64,000 nucleotides of DNA from Antedon mediterranea (Eukaryota; Animalia; Echinodermata). The stretch covers positions 5,061,888-5,125,887 of the forward strand of contig NC_092676.1 of the NCBI RefSeq assembly GCF_964355755.1. Reading direction: 5' to 3'. Position 1 is the first letter of the stretch. Each line of letters starts with the position of its first letter. This document shows positions 1 to 11,837 of the stretch, in pieces. The position numbers were made by a program, and so were the translations under genes. Below the pieces are notes generated by a model. The model did no database searches. It saw only the letters and a program-made list of their open reading frames with translations, and had not been told where the DNA came from.

Positions 1-1019
1 GCTACTAGTATGGACAGTTTTTATCTCCCCTTCTGGTTTTACAGCTGCCACCAAATAATATTCATTTGTCGGCTTATAACAACAGAGGCTGTGCACACAT
101 ATATTGTTACGAGTCCCTATGCTATTTATATGTTCATATCGACTGAACTGTATATTTTAATGGAAATTTCAGTATATAACAAGGTAAATCTCTTTAAAAT
201 GTTTGTACTGTATTGTGGATGGATATAGAAGTCATTTCTGTGTATAGTGGATCCATAGGCAAATGCAACATACTCTAATATATCTCAATGGGGTTTTTTT
301 TCTGCAATATATAATAATAATATATCACTGTAAAACAATAGCTGTCAATGTAATGTTTGAATATTGAATGCATATAACAGTTTTAATTGGTAACAATTTT
401 ATAAAATGCGTTTTAAACTACTTTATGCAGTATAAACTAATTTGAAAATATATTTTGAGAGAGGCGTTTGTCTCGTCAGTGTGAAAGGGGGTTATCCTTC
501 TACATACATTATATGGAAAGTTCCTTTCCTATCTATAGATGATTTTAGTCAACGAGAAAAATTAATAATAATATACATGTACAGGGTTGTTTTTATGATT
601 CATTTCTTTATGAATTTTTATGTAATGTGAATTGTATAATATTTGTAAATAAATTGCATATTTTTTATTACATAATTCTTTGTTTTAAGTGAACTGAAAT
701 TATAATAGTAGTAGATATAGTATGTGTATTAAGAATGTGAATTTTTAGCATTTTTTTTTTAAATTAAATAGAGTATATTAAATAAATTTTATGTGACTGT
801 AGAATCAAGTAATAATATTGTAATGGCATTTAATATACTTGTTTTTGTTGTATAATGTGTTGCACATAAGCTTAATTCTCGTACAAATTCTTTTGTTCTG
901 AGCATGCTATGTTTTTTAGCATTCGAAGAATGACTTTTTGACTCAACAGGCACATAGTCTAGTGGCCATCGCGAAAATGCCAAACCATTGAGAGGGTTAC
1001 AGTCACAGCAAATTTTCCT

Positions 1020-3826
1020 TTGACAAAGAAGTACTTTTTTGAATTGTCTATAGAAGAGTTTCATATCCCTGGTTTTCAGATGTTTTTGCCAAATGAAAAG
1101 CTTTCATCTGGTAGAGGAGTTGTTATTTATGTTCGAAATGGGATGTCTGCCACTCCGGTTTTGTTTAAAGATATTTTGTTTGAGGAATCCATGTTTGTTG
1201 AGATTGAAGTCAAGGATCGCACCTTTTTAATTGGATGTGTGTATAGAAGTGACGCCGGATCTAGTGTCAATAATTCTGCTTTGTGTTCTCTGTTTAGAAA
1301 AGTGGCATCCTTTTCTTGTTCTGATTTTATTATAGTTGGAGATTTCAATTATAGGAGTATTAATTGGGAGCTAGGATATGTGACTGGTGAAGATGGTAAA
1401 AATAGTCATAATTTTTTTGACACCATTAATGACTTATTTTTAGCTCAGCATGTACAAGACCCAACCCGTTACAGAATAGGAGAACAGGCCAATGTTCTGG
1501 ACCTGGTACTTACATCTAATGAGGATTCTATTAGTGAGGTCCTTCAAGCTCCACCATTAGGTAAGAGTGATCATATGGTACTTCGATTTAAAATTCCAGT
1601 TAATTTAATCAAAGAAGAGGTAGTAGGGGTCAGAAATTATTTCCATGCTGATTATGATAAGTTTCGTGGTTTTCTTGATGGTGTCGATTGGGACACTGAG
1701 TTATTGGATAAGGACGGGTTACACTCGCACGGTTCTTTTGATGAGATCTTATCTAGAGGTATGGAACAGTTTGTTCCAAAGAGTAAGAAACACTTGTCTG
1801 GAAATGTTAAGAGACCTTTGTGGTATACTAAGGAGGTTGATAAGTCTATTAAACAGAAGAATAAATGCTGGAAACAGTATATCAAAGCAAAACGTAAAGG
1901 GCATGACTGTGCTAGTGTCAAATGGAACACGTTTATTAGAGTAAGGAATGATACTGTCAATTTGATTAAGAGTTCTAAAAGCATCTTCGAAAATAAGATT
2001 GCAAATGAGGTTAAAGTCAATGAAAAGTCTTTTTGGCGCTATGTAAATTCTCAGTTAAACACCAGATCTGGTATTCCTACTCTTAGAAATGTTGAAGGTA
2101 AACTTGTTGTAGATGACCAAGATAAAGCCGAGTCTTTTAATTCTTTTTTTAGCAGTGTCTTTTGTAAGGAGAACTTATCGAATGTTCCGAATCTTGATAA
2201 AAAGATTGAGGCTTCTTTGTCAGATATTCATAAGCTGTTGTCTAACTTAGTTATAGATAAGTCAGCTGGCCCTGATGGCTTTCACCCACGGGTTTTGATT
2301 GAATTAAAGGATCAAATTGCTTACCCTCTCAGTCTAATATTCACTAGATTATTCAATGATCAGAAGGTCCCTCTATCGTGGAAGGAGGCAATTGTAATAC
2401 CTATATTTAAGAAAGGCAAAAAGGAGGACCCGGCTAACTACAGACCGGTTAGTTTAACGTCGGTCATAGGGAAAATGATGGAAAGGATTATTAGGGATAA
2501 ACTTGTAATGTATCTTGAGAGTAATGGTCTTTTGTGCAATGAGCAATTTGGATTCAGACAAGGTAGATCATGTGCATTACAACTACTTGATGTCCTGGAG
2601 AGTTGGACTACTAACCTGGATAACCATGATAGCTTTGATTGTGTCTATTTAGACTATAAAAAGGCCTTTGATAGTGTGCCACACCAAAGGCTTCTAGTCA
2701 AATTGAAAGGTTTTGGTATACGGGAAATCTACTAGGATGGTTCTCTAATTATTTGTCAAATAGAACACAACGAGTTAGTGTCAATGGTCAATTGTCATCA
2801 CAGGCTCCAGTATTAAGTGGAATTCCACAGGGTAGCGTTGTGGGCCCAATCTTATTTTCAATCTTCATTAACGATTTACCTGATGTTGTCGAATCTAGTA
2901 TACGTTTATTTGCAGACGACACCAAGTTGTATAGAGTGGTCAATAACATTGATGATGCGGGTTTATTTCAAAGAGACATTGACAGTGCTTCCCATTGGTC
3001 TAATGTTTGGCAATTGCCTTTTAATGACACTAAGTGTAAGGTATTTCATTATGGTTGTGATAATCCCAATTTCTTGTATTCAATGGCTGGTAATTTACTA
3101 CATGAGGTAAAGCAGGAGAAAGATCTAGGTGTTACCTTTGATCCTAGTTTAATCTTTAATTTGCATGTAGCGGATATTTGTAAAAGAGCTAATAAGAAAC
3201 TAGGAATGATTTATAGATCTTTTAAATTCTTGAATAAAGATGGATTTTTGAAGCTGTATAAGTCTATTGTCAGGCCAACGCTTGAATATTGTAACACTGT
3301 TTATAATCCTATCAGAAAACAAGATCAGGATGAAATAGAGAAGGTCCAGCAAAGAGCAACAAGATTGATTCCTAGGTACCGTAATATTCCTTATGAACAA
3401 CGTTTGAGAATTCTTGGTCTTCCTACCATGAGATATCGAAGGCAGAGAGCGGATATTATCCAAGTTTTTAGGATTGTTAAAGGTTTCGATCGTATTTCGA
3501 TCAACACATTTTTTGAATTTGATCTAGAATCTCGGACCCGTGGACACCCATATAAACTCAAGTTTAAAAGCTCTCGTCTTAATATTAGGAGGGACACGTT
3601 CTCCAGGAGAGTTATTCTCTTATGGAATGCTCTGCCTACGGATGTAGTTTCATGTGCTACGGTGAACTTGTTCAAAGCAAAACTTAACGTCGCATGGTCT
3701 AACCACCCGCTGAAGTTTTCACCCTATATAGAATATGATTTTATTGCCAAGAGGGGCTTTTAAGCACTGAGTGCTTCGCCTCGATCCCGTAGACGAAAGT
3801 GTACGGGAAACAAGTAAACAAGTAAA
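1020..3826 (+). mobile_element. CR1-type non-LTR retrotransposon, 5'-truncated ORF2 (APE endonuclease + reverse transcriptase), split by one frameshift
   Basis: ORF 1020-2735 has APE motifs (GRGVVIYV, IVGDFN, LDLVL, KSDH) and the RT start (NYRPVSLTS, QFGFR, YLDYKKAFDSVPH). ORF 2753-3763 has GIPQGSVVGP, LFADDTK, EKDLGV and the CR1-like C-terminus (RTRGHPYKL, WNALP). A short 3'UTR ends in the 8-bp tail repeat (CAAGTAAA)x2 at 3811-3826. The start of the endonuclease and ORF1 are missing. Confidence 0.95.
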
Positions 3827-3855
3827 TTTGCAAACTTCTCGTCTAAATTTTGATT

Positions 3856-4050
3856 TGTTTTAATCAGGGAAGATTGAAATTTCAATCTTCCTGGATTGAA
3901 TTTTGAATGATTGATTGATACAAACCAAATTAAGATTTATTAAAACAATAAGTTTAAAATGAAAACAAAAAGCATTAAAAATCAATCTTTATTATGATTT
4001 GTTTCAATCATAAGGAAGATTGAAATTTCACTCTTTCATGATTAAAACAA
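3856..4050. repeat. Small inverted-repeat (MITE/foldback-like) element
   Basis: ttgttttaatca...ggaagattgaaatttcaatcttcc on the left is mirrored by ggaagattgaaatttcactctttcatgattaaaacaa on the right; each arm is itself palindromic. Confidence 0.55.
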
Positions 4051-5030
4051 CCAAAGATTGCTTTAAAAAAATAAAATTATGCTGTTTTCAACAGACTATT
4101 ATTATAATCAATTTAAGTCAATCATAAAAATATGAAATGTAAATATTACTAATTTTTTATTCACATGCACAGTTATGTATTTTCATAAATACAATTATTA
4201 CAATGAGAAGAACAATGTACAGTACTTTAACAAATAAATTATGCAGCCCCTGATACTAATATACAACACATCTACAGTTATCTACAGTAGTTACCTATAC
4301 AGCACTAATACTGTATCATCACAGTTATCTAGATACATAATCTATATAAGAATTGTTTTACTTGCAAGGACCTCGGCCATTGACGCACACAACACGATCA
4401 AGGCTCTAGATATAATTATTTAGTCAAACTGCTTAAACCCGTTTCCCACTAGGTGAATTTAAAAGCATCTTTTTCTACTTTTTGCAACCAATCGGAGCTC
4501 AGGAATGTTTCATTCACCAAGTGGAAAACTTGTGATGAAAACACTGGTGTAATACATTTTATTTTTGTAAAATTCCATGATTTTCAATGAGCGGTACATA
4601 GGGGCAGATCTAGGAGTGCGTCGCTTTGACAGCTAAAATGACATTATGAACTACTGTTGGATTATTTTAGACAGACTGTTTATCTACCCTGTTTGAAAAA
4701 TATGGATCTAACCCTGATATAGTTAGAATTTACCACACTAAAAGCTGAATGAATACCACTACAAAATGGTATGCTTAACATTACTACTTCAATACGGTTT
4801 GGTCTCAACTGGGTTATTAATAATATTGCATTTATTGCACAATTATGACAAATACTGGATAACACTAGTAACTAACAACAGTTTATAATTAAGATTACAT
4901 CTCAACTTTGTGTCCTTTATATATTTGTTGAATATTTCCATGTAACTATAATTTGAATTTGAATATTATTATGCTTTTAATGAGATATTTTATTGGGTTC
5001 AGCTATTGTATATTATGTTAGTACCAAATT

Positions 5031-5110
5031 TACGAATATGAAATTGGGATCAGCTCAAAAGTTTCACAATTATGTGACGTTATCGTATTCGTAAGGTTGC
5101 GAAACCTGCC
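5031..5110 (-). mobile_element. Terminal fragment of the MITE family found at 14420 and 31201
   Basis: The reverse complement matches aggtttcgcaaccttacgaatacgataacg...tgtgaaacttttgagctgatccc...ttcatattcgtaa of the full-length copies. Confidence 0.8.
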
Positions 5111-5116
5111 TATTAT

Positions 5117-7565
5117 TCACTGTAAATGTTGGTATGTCGTTAGATTAGTATAATAATTGGTTGTTGGTGCAGCCACGACTAGATTAGCTGTCAACCCAGG
5201 AGAAACAACACTTTCAGTAAACATAGAATTCATCGTGCACGGAATGTTCGTGCTAGGAATGATGGGAAGATTAGAAGAACCGAGAGACAGCGTCGTACCA
5301 GGACTCATCGGTAAGAGAGAAGAGAGGAAGTTTTGAGGTAGCATTTGAACTTGTGACGATCTAACAGGTGGGGGAGAACACGCCATCGGCACAATGTTAT
5401 CGTACACGTCTGACTGAGCAATACGGGCTTCAGCCAGGGCTTGGGAAATAACGTTACTAGTGTATTTATTCTCCTTGTCTGGTGTGTTATTCATGTTCAT
5501 CACTTCTTTAATTGTACTAAGTTGTATGATAGCCTCAGTGTTGTCCATTACTTGAGTTTGGTCACTTAATTCGATCACCACCGTTGCACATTGGTCATTG
5601 CTCAGCTTAGATAATGGTCGAATACTGTTTATGCCGTGTGTACGTTTACGATGCTTGTAAAGGTTGCTACTGGTCGAGGTCACGTAATCGCAGAGGTCAC
5701 ATGATTTGGTCTTCTCACCTAGGAAATAAATAAATGATTATATAGTAAATAAAGTGCAAACGATCTATTGCTTTAGGGTTGCGCAATCATAATAAACAAA
5801 AATAAAAAATCGCAACAATCTGTATACCTGTATGCTTTTTAATATGGTCCTTCAACGCTGCTTTGGTACGCGTTTCAAAATCACAATACGAACATTTATT
5901 TGGTTTATAATTTGGATGGGTCTTCAAGTGAGCACGCATATTGTACTCAAATTTAAACGGTTCCTGACAGAGGGGGCAAACGAATGGCATAGGGCGGGGA
6001 AGGTGCTTTCGTTTCAGATGCTGGTTGCGTTCTTGATCGCTAAAAAATCCCTTCCCGCAATGATCACATAAATGTCTTTTTTCTCTGAGATGTTTCCGTT
6101 TCATATGTAGACCGAGCGAATCTCTCCTCCGACACTTGTAGTCACATAAAGAACATTCGTGCGGTTTGTTTTTCAGGTGGATCCGTTTATGCATTCTTAA
6201 ATTAATTGCACGTTTAAACGCTTTTCCGCAATCTTCACAAAGGTAATCGTTAGCATCACTGTGAGTCAGTTTATGTTGGTTTAAACTCGCTTTTTCCGTG
6301 TAACATTTCCCGCATTCGTCACAAGAAAACGGCTTTTCGCCGGTGTGCGTACACAAGTGTCGTAGATAATGATTGTTACTTCCTATGATGTACTCTTTAC
6401 AGTACTCGCAATGTTTTCCGGGAACTGAACCTCGTTTACCAATCTTCGGTCCTTTCGTTTTCTTATGCTCCTCTTGGTTATGCTTCTGTAATAATTTTTT
6501 AAACTTGCAAACAAACCCGCAAGTTGAGCAATGATAGCGGTCTTCTTTACCCTCAATCGGCTCAATTTTGACCTTCCTACATGGTTTAGGTTTCGGCGCA
6601 GACAGCCGATGCTTTTTCTTTTTGTGATTCGTTAATATGTAGAGAAATTTACAGGAAAAATCGCAAGAATTATACGAGCATTTGTAACGGTCTGGAAGAA
6701 TTTTACATTTGCTTGGGGTGATTAGGTAATTATAAGCTTGCGGGACAGGTTTATTATGAATCTCAAATTCGTGAAGAACGAGATCTTTCTTCACTTTAAA
6801 ATCCACTTCGCATTCCTCGCATGTTATACGATCTACCGGCACTTTTGCGTGTTGATGAATTCTCTGATGTCGTTTTAGGAGTGGACTTGAACTCGCTGAA
6901 AATGTACATTCTGTACACTTGAATAAATCAGCATTTTCGCTTTGTTTATCGCCCTCTATAGAACTATCATCAATCATATCCGAATAATAAGAAAACTCTG
7001 TATCGTTATTTTCTTTAGGAATTCTTTGTCTGCTACTGGTTCGGGTTTTGTACTGCTTCACATGTTCACCCTCGTACTTTATATTTTCTGTGACATTATT
7101 ATCTTCGTTAGACTTAGGACTTTCTATGAGACTCTCATCATCATCATGAAAAAAACCAGGAGGAGAATCCTGAAGATAATTTTCATAAATTTCTGGATCT
7201 ATGTTAGATTCAAGAAAATGAACATTAATTTCTTCGGAAATCTGGTAAGTCTCCTTTTTATTTGAATCATCAATATTAATGTTTTTGTAATTTGTTGATC
7301 TTTCAATTTCATCAAAATTGTTGTGCTTTTCTTTATTTGTAGGCCTACCCTGGTTTTCTTTCTTAATTTCTGCTTTTTTCTTAGTTATTTTTGATTTTCC
7401 GTTGTTTAATTCAAGTTTAACCTTGCCTTTAGCCAAACTTTTGTTTTTTTTCTTGTGTTCACGTGTGTGCTTTTTAATTTCGTGTAGATCTTTCGTTACA
7501 AATGGGCACTTATCGCAAGTAAAGCTAAATTCGCCGCAGTCTGAATCGCTACTCTCACTATCCAT
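5117..7565 (-). CDS. C2H2 zinc-finger protein (~779 aa, 13 fingers, acidic linker, low-complexity S/T/P/N C-terminus)
   Basis: Coding exons 7565-5828 and 5718-5117. The GT-AG intron 5827-5719 splits the HTG|EK linker and restores a 13th finger (CDLC...HRKRTH). Canonical HTGEKPF linker present. An acceptor lies at 7573-7572 just upstream of the ATG, and a probable 5'UTR exon ends at 8108 (CAG|GTAAAA). Confidence 0.93.
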
Positions 7566-8107
7566 ATTTTTCTAAGTACAAGAAAAAGGGGGAAAAAACA
7601 AAATAAGGTTAGAATTTAACAAGGTTAATGTCATTAGAGAATACATTGATTATTGCTTAATTAATGATTGTCCATTGATGATTGGTCATTAATTCTTTGA
7701 CATTTAAAAAAAAATTACATCACCTTTTGAAATACTGTATAATGTATATAGGCCAAGTCATAACATGGAGTTACTACATAAGTCATAAGTTAGTGAGTAA
7801 ATACGCACTAAACACAATACAAATCCAGGTACTTGCTAGGCCTAGTATGTTTTACATAATTGTTTCTCATATACAGTCCCACCCTCGATAAACAATGGTT
7901 TCATCCGGTAATTTGACAGAAAATTATATGCATATACCGTGCAGTGTGATGATATGTACGCATTTTGTATGTATAAAATATAAATTACTACAGGAACATA
8001 ATTTCTTACTTTTAAAGCAGACAAATTAAAACACAATTTGTCGATAATTTTATGGAAACAAAACCGAAATTAAAATACGAACAAAGCACATTTGACGAAT
8101 ATTTTAC

Positions 8108-8401
8108 CTGTTATTTTGTCTAGTCTTTGTTTGTGAGAGCAGATGGATGGGTCGACGACGAGAGAGAGAAACACAATAAATTTTTAGAAGATCCTCGAAC
8201 ATAGGTGGCGCTAAACATGTTTTTAAAAATAATGTTTCATTAAAAAAACAAGAAGCGCATGTCGTTTTCCAACTTGTGAGTGTGGTGGTGGTATAAAAAG
8301 TGGTGTGCACCTTTTTTTAAAAAAACGGGCTAATAAATGTAACGACAAGAAAATTTAATAATAGGCTTAGTATTAACAAGATCAAGAAATATATTTGAAA
8401 G
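8108..8401. promoter_or_regulatory. Probable bidirectional promoter with divergent non-coding first exons
   Basis: A minus-strand donor at 8107 (zinc-finger gene) and a plus-strand donor AAG|GTAATT at 8402 (LOTUS gene, whose ATG exon has an acceptor at 12959-12960) face away from each other ~300 bp apart. GGTGGCGCT and GCGCATG motifs lie between them. Inferred; no transcript data. Confidence 0.5.
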
Positions 8402-8736
8402 GTAATTTTGGCTTTATGATATTTGTGGTTGTGTTATTTGATGTGCTCTCATAAAACCTAGACTTTACCTCCTCTTAAATTCTCTCTAGGCCTAGTAGTA
8501 GTAGGCTAGCTAGGCTAGGAAGGTAGGCCGGCTATTATTATAGGCCTACTAGGCCTAGCCTTGGCTACTAGGCCTAGGCATAGGGCCTAGTAATAGTATG
8601 CCTAGCTAGCTTAGCTTGGATCAAGAGGGAAGCCCCTAGGAGGTATCTAACCAGCCAGGTGAAACCCACTATAGTATAGGCCTTATCTAATAGTTCTCCT
8701 CTCTATAAATGGCATATAAATATACTAGCTATAGGG

Positions 8737-10356
8737 GGAGTATGGTCGAAGCGGCCGCCAACCAAAGCGGCCGCCAGTTTAATATCGTCATTTGTATGGA
8801 ACGCCATGTGCGCTTTAATCTTTGATTGTCGTTGTCAACGCCATGGCCTATGGCGAGTTGAGTTACAGTAATTGTATGTATGGTCAAACCAATAAATATA
8901 AGCCAAATCATGTACTATCGAATCTTTATATTTCTATAATAATTAAGTTTGCCTGCCGATAAATCAATGTATATTTTATTTGTATTTTAATATTAACTAA
9001 CTAAATATATTTACATATACTATCGAATCATTAATAATTTACGTTGACCCGACGTTTCTTGAGCACTCTCCTATCGAATTTTTATACAGTATTGCATTAA
9101 TAATCTACGCACGGTATTGCCGAATATTTATATCTCATTTACATACTATCGAATCCTTATACAGTATTGCAATAATAATTTACGTACGGTATTGCTGAAT
9201 CCTTATATCTCATAGAATCTTTTTACAGTATTGCAATAATAATTTACGTACTAAGGTATTGCCGAATCTTTATATCTCATTTACATACTATCGAGTCTTT
9301 ATACAGTATTGCATTAATAATTTACGTACGGTATTGCCGAATCTTTATATCTCATTTACATCGAATATTTATACAGTATTGCAATAATAATTTACGTACG
9401 GTATTGCCGAATATTTATATCTCATTTAAATCGAATCTTTATACAGTATTGCATTAATAATTTACGTACGGTATTGCCGAATCTTTATATCTCATTTACA
9501 TCGAATCTTTATACAGTATTGCAATAATAAGTTACGTACGGTATTGCCAAATTTTTATATCTCGTTTACACTGTACTATCGAACTTGTTTTTATTGAATA
9601 GTAATAGGGTGTGTTATACATTTAACTGTTATTCCATTGTAATACATTGTTTGTGTTTTCAATAAAGCAACGTGAAGACGAAAACGTGACCTTCTACAGC
9701 ACTATTCCCGGCCGGCCGCCAGTCGAGTTATTAGCCGCAATTCGCGTAATTAATTACCGTACCGTACAGACACTTGCATCTTATTTTATTATTTAAAACT
9801 CATTTTAAATTGATCAATATTTATATATCTGAAGGTATAAAACAATTTAGGATATTAAATAAATAAATTGATGTCATCATGTTATTGTCATTAAATTATG
9901 TTTGCGAACACGTACTACTTACAGTAGTTACTTTACTAATATATTAATATACAATAACAAATATATATATTTTGATATACTTTATTGAAAAAATATATAT
10001 ATTATTCTTAATAATTGGCTTATTATATATTATTATACAATAAAAACACCAGAATGTTTTTTATTGACTTTATTAAACATATATATCATTTAGAACAGTT
10101 AAAGTAAGTAATCATCGATTCGCCATTTCGTTTAAAAGAACGTATCACATTCAATCTGTAAAAAAAGAGAATATATTACATAATATTAATAATGTAGGTT
10201 GTTATTTACGTCCGAGGAAAAGAAAACCTGTGGATCGAAACAATGACAATCAAAAATTACAAAACAACGACAATCAAAGCGCACACGGCGTTCCATACAA
10301 ATTACCGTTATTGAACTAGCGGCCGCTTTGGTTGGCGGCCGCTTCGACCGTAATCC
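8737..10356. mobile_element. Non-autonomous TIR DNA transposon with 8-bp TSD and internal 70-bp satellite
   Basis: ~100-bp imperfect TIRs GGAGTATGGTCGAAGCGGCCGCCAACCAAAGCGGCCGC.../...GCGGCCGCTTTGGTTGGCGGCCGCTTCGACCGTAATCC; the direct repeat CTATAGGG flanks it at 8729-8736 and 10357-10364. Confidence 0.88.
9072..9582. repeat. ~70-bp tandem repeat, about 7 copies
   Basis: Unit tcgaatctttatacagtattgcaataataatttacgtacggtattgccgaatctttatatctcatttaca, with exact 70-bp period at 9361, 9431 and 9501. Confidence 0.92.
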
Positions 10357-10631
10357 CTATAGGGGCCTATATGATAGCTAGCTAGGCCTAATTAATATAA
10401 TTATGGTCGGTTGTCTCAACTTTGCCTAGAGGCCTAGGCCTAATCCTACTATCCTACTCTACTAGACTGGGCAAGCCTTCCTCTAGTCTAGCTAGGCCCT
10501 AGCTAGCTAACTAAACTGAACACTATTATGATGTATATACGGGGGAACAGACGATCGGGACCACGGACGATTTGGTTGGTCCTGACCGTCTTAGCGTTGG
10601 GCCCGATAATCTTTTGTGTTATATAAAATAA

Positions 10632-11837
10632 CGCCGTGGCTAAAGATACGGTACCGTATCCTAACTTCCGTTTACTAAAGGTACGGTAAAATTACATTAC
10701 GTCATAATCAGCCAATGGGGTGCTGGTACGTGTGTGACGTCATCGTATCAGGACTACTTTGGACTTTTATTCACATCGCGTCTGTAGAGAATGCCTAATC
10801 GGCGGCGCCAGGCTGCATGGATATATGTGTGCGCTGATGATTCTGTGACTCAGCCTCGGGGCTAGACCTAGTAATGTTGAATCCAGAATCATCGATGCTG
10901 TAGTAATAGAGCAAGATCATGTGGTTGGTGGACGTAAAGCGTTTAAATCTTGCACTCAATCTCAAATATTATTTCATTATACAACATTAAATACTACACT
11001 ACAGTAGAAATATGTTGATAGCCAAATTAGAAGTAAAGGAATTATAATTCAATGTTGGAAATTGTGTTGCCTCTAGTTCATTTGTCCAGGGTTTTATTTT
11101 TATTCCAAATGGCCTATTTAGGCCTATATTTTTTAATAAACTTTGTTTACAGATGGTAACCATAAACAAAAAGCAAATGCGGACAATAAAGGGGCCCTCA
11201 AATACTATGATTAAGACAATAGGCCTAGCCCCAGGTCTTAGTTACAGAAATCAGCGCACACATGCAGCTGCCCCAGCCTGGCAAACTCATATACCGAGGC
11301 TATAGGTTATAGCATGGATATACCATGGAGTAAAGAATAAGAATTCTTTACTCCATGGTTATAGTTTAGTTTAGTTTAGTTATAATGGGAAAGTTTAGGC
11401 GATGCCTTTTTAACCCCATATCAACTACATTGTGTCGATGCGATTCTTGAAGGTGTTAGTGGTATCAGAATTGACAACGTACTAATACTGTAACTACTGT
11501 ATAGTACGTAGTAGGCCTCTTTTGAAACGGTAAATTTCTGTATTCTAGAAATAAAATCAACATGTTTTGGCCTGTCAATAATAACAGACGTAGGCCTAGG
11601 CTACATTTAGTTTTGTCACACGACGGGGATAATAGCGATAAATGAAGCATAATAAAGAAAATGTTAAGCCGCCGGTTGATCATTGTTTTCGCGATATGAA
11701 AAAAAAAATCCCAAGTCCTTATACGATGACGTGACACAGGTACCAGCACCCCATTGGCTGACTATGACGTAATGCAATTTTACCGTACCTTTAGCAAACG
11801 GAAGTTAGGATACGGTACCGTATCTTTAGCCACGGCG
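10632..11837. mobile_element. Mutator-like (MULE) non-autonomous element nested in the previous element
   Basis: ~120-bp TIRs CGCCGTGGCTAAAGATACGGTACCGTATCCTAACTTCCGTTT...; perfect 9-bp TSD ATAAAATAA at 10623-10631 and 11838-11846. Long TIRs plus a 9-bp TSD are typical of MULEs. Confidence 0.88.
10807..11282. mobile_element. Inner inverted-repeat element within the MULE-like element
   Basis: gccaggctg...atgtgtgcgctgat...tctgtgactcagcctcggggctagaccta (10807-10870) is the imperfect reverse complement of taggcctagccccaggtcttagttacagaaatcagcgcacacatg...cagcctggc (11220-11282). Confidence 0.65.

Noticed and set aside
1-1000. Short ORFs in AT-rich DNA, and the many other 60-100-aa ORFs antisense to real exons
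   Set aside because: No motifs, no consistent splice structure, and low-complexity composition.
1000-1030. TSD for the CR1 element
   Set aside because: Only a short aaattt similarity with the 3' flank; not convincing.
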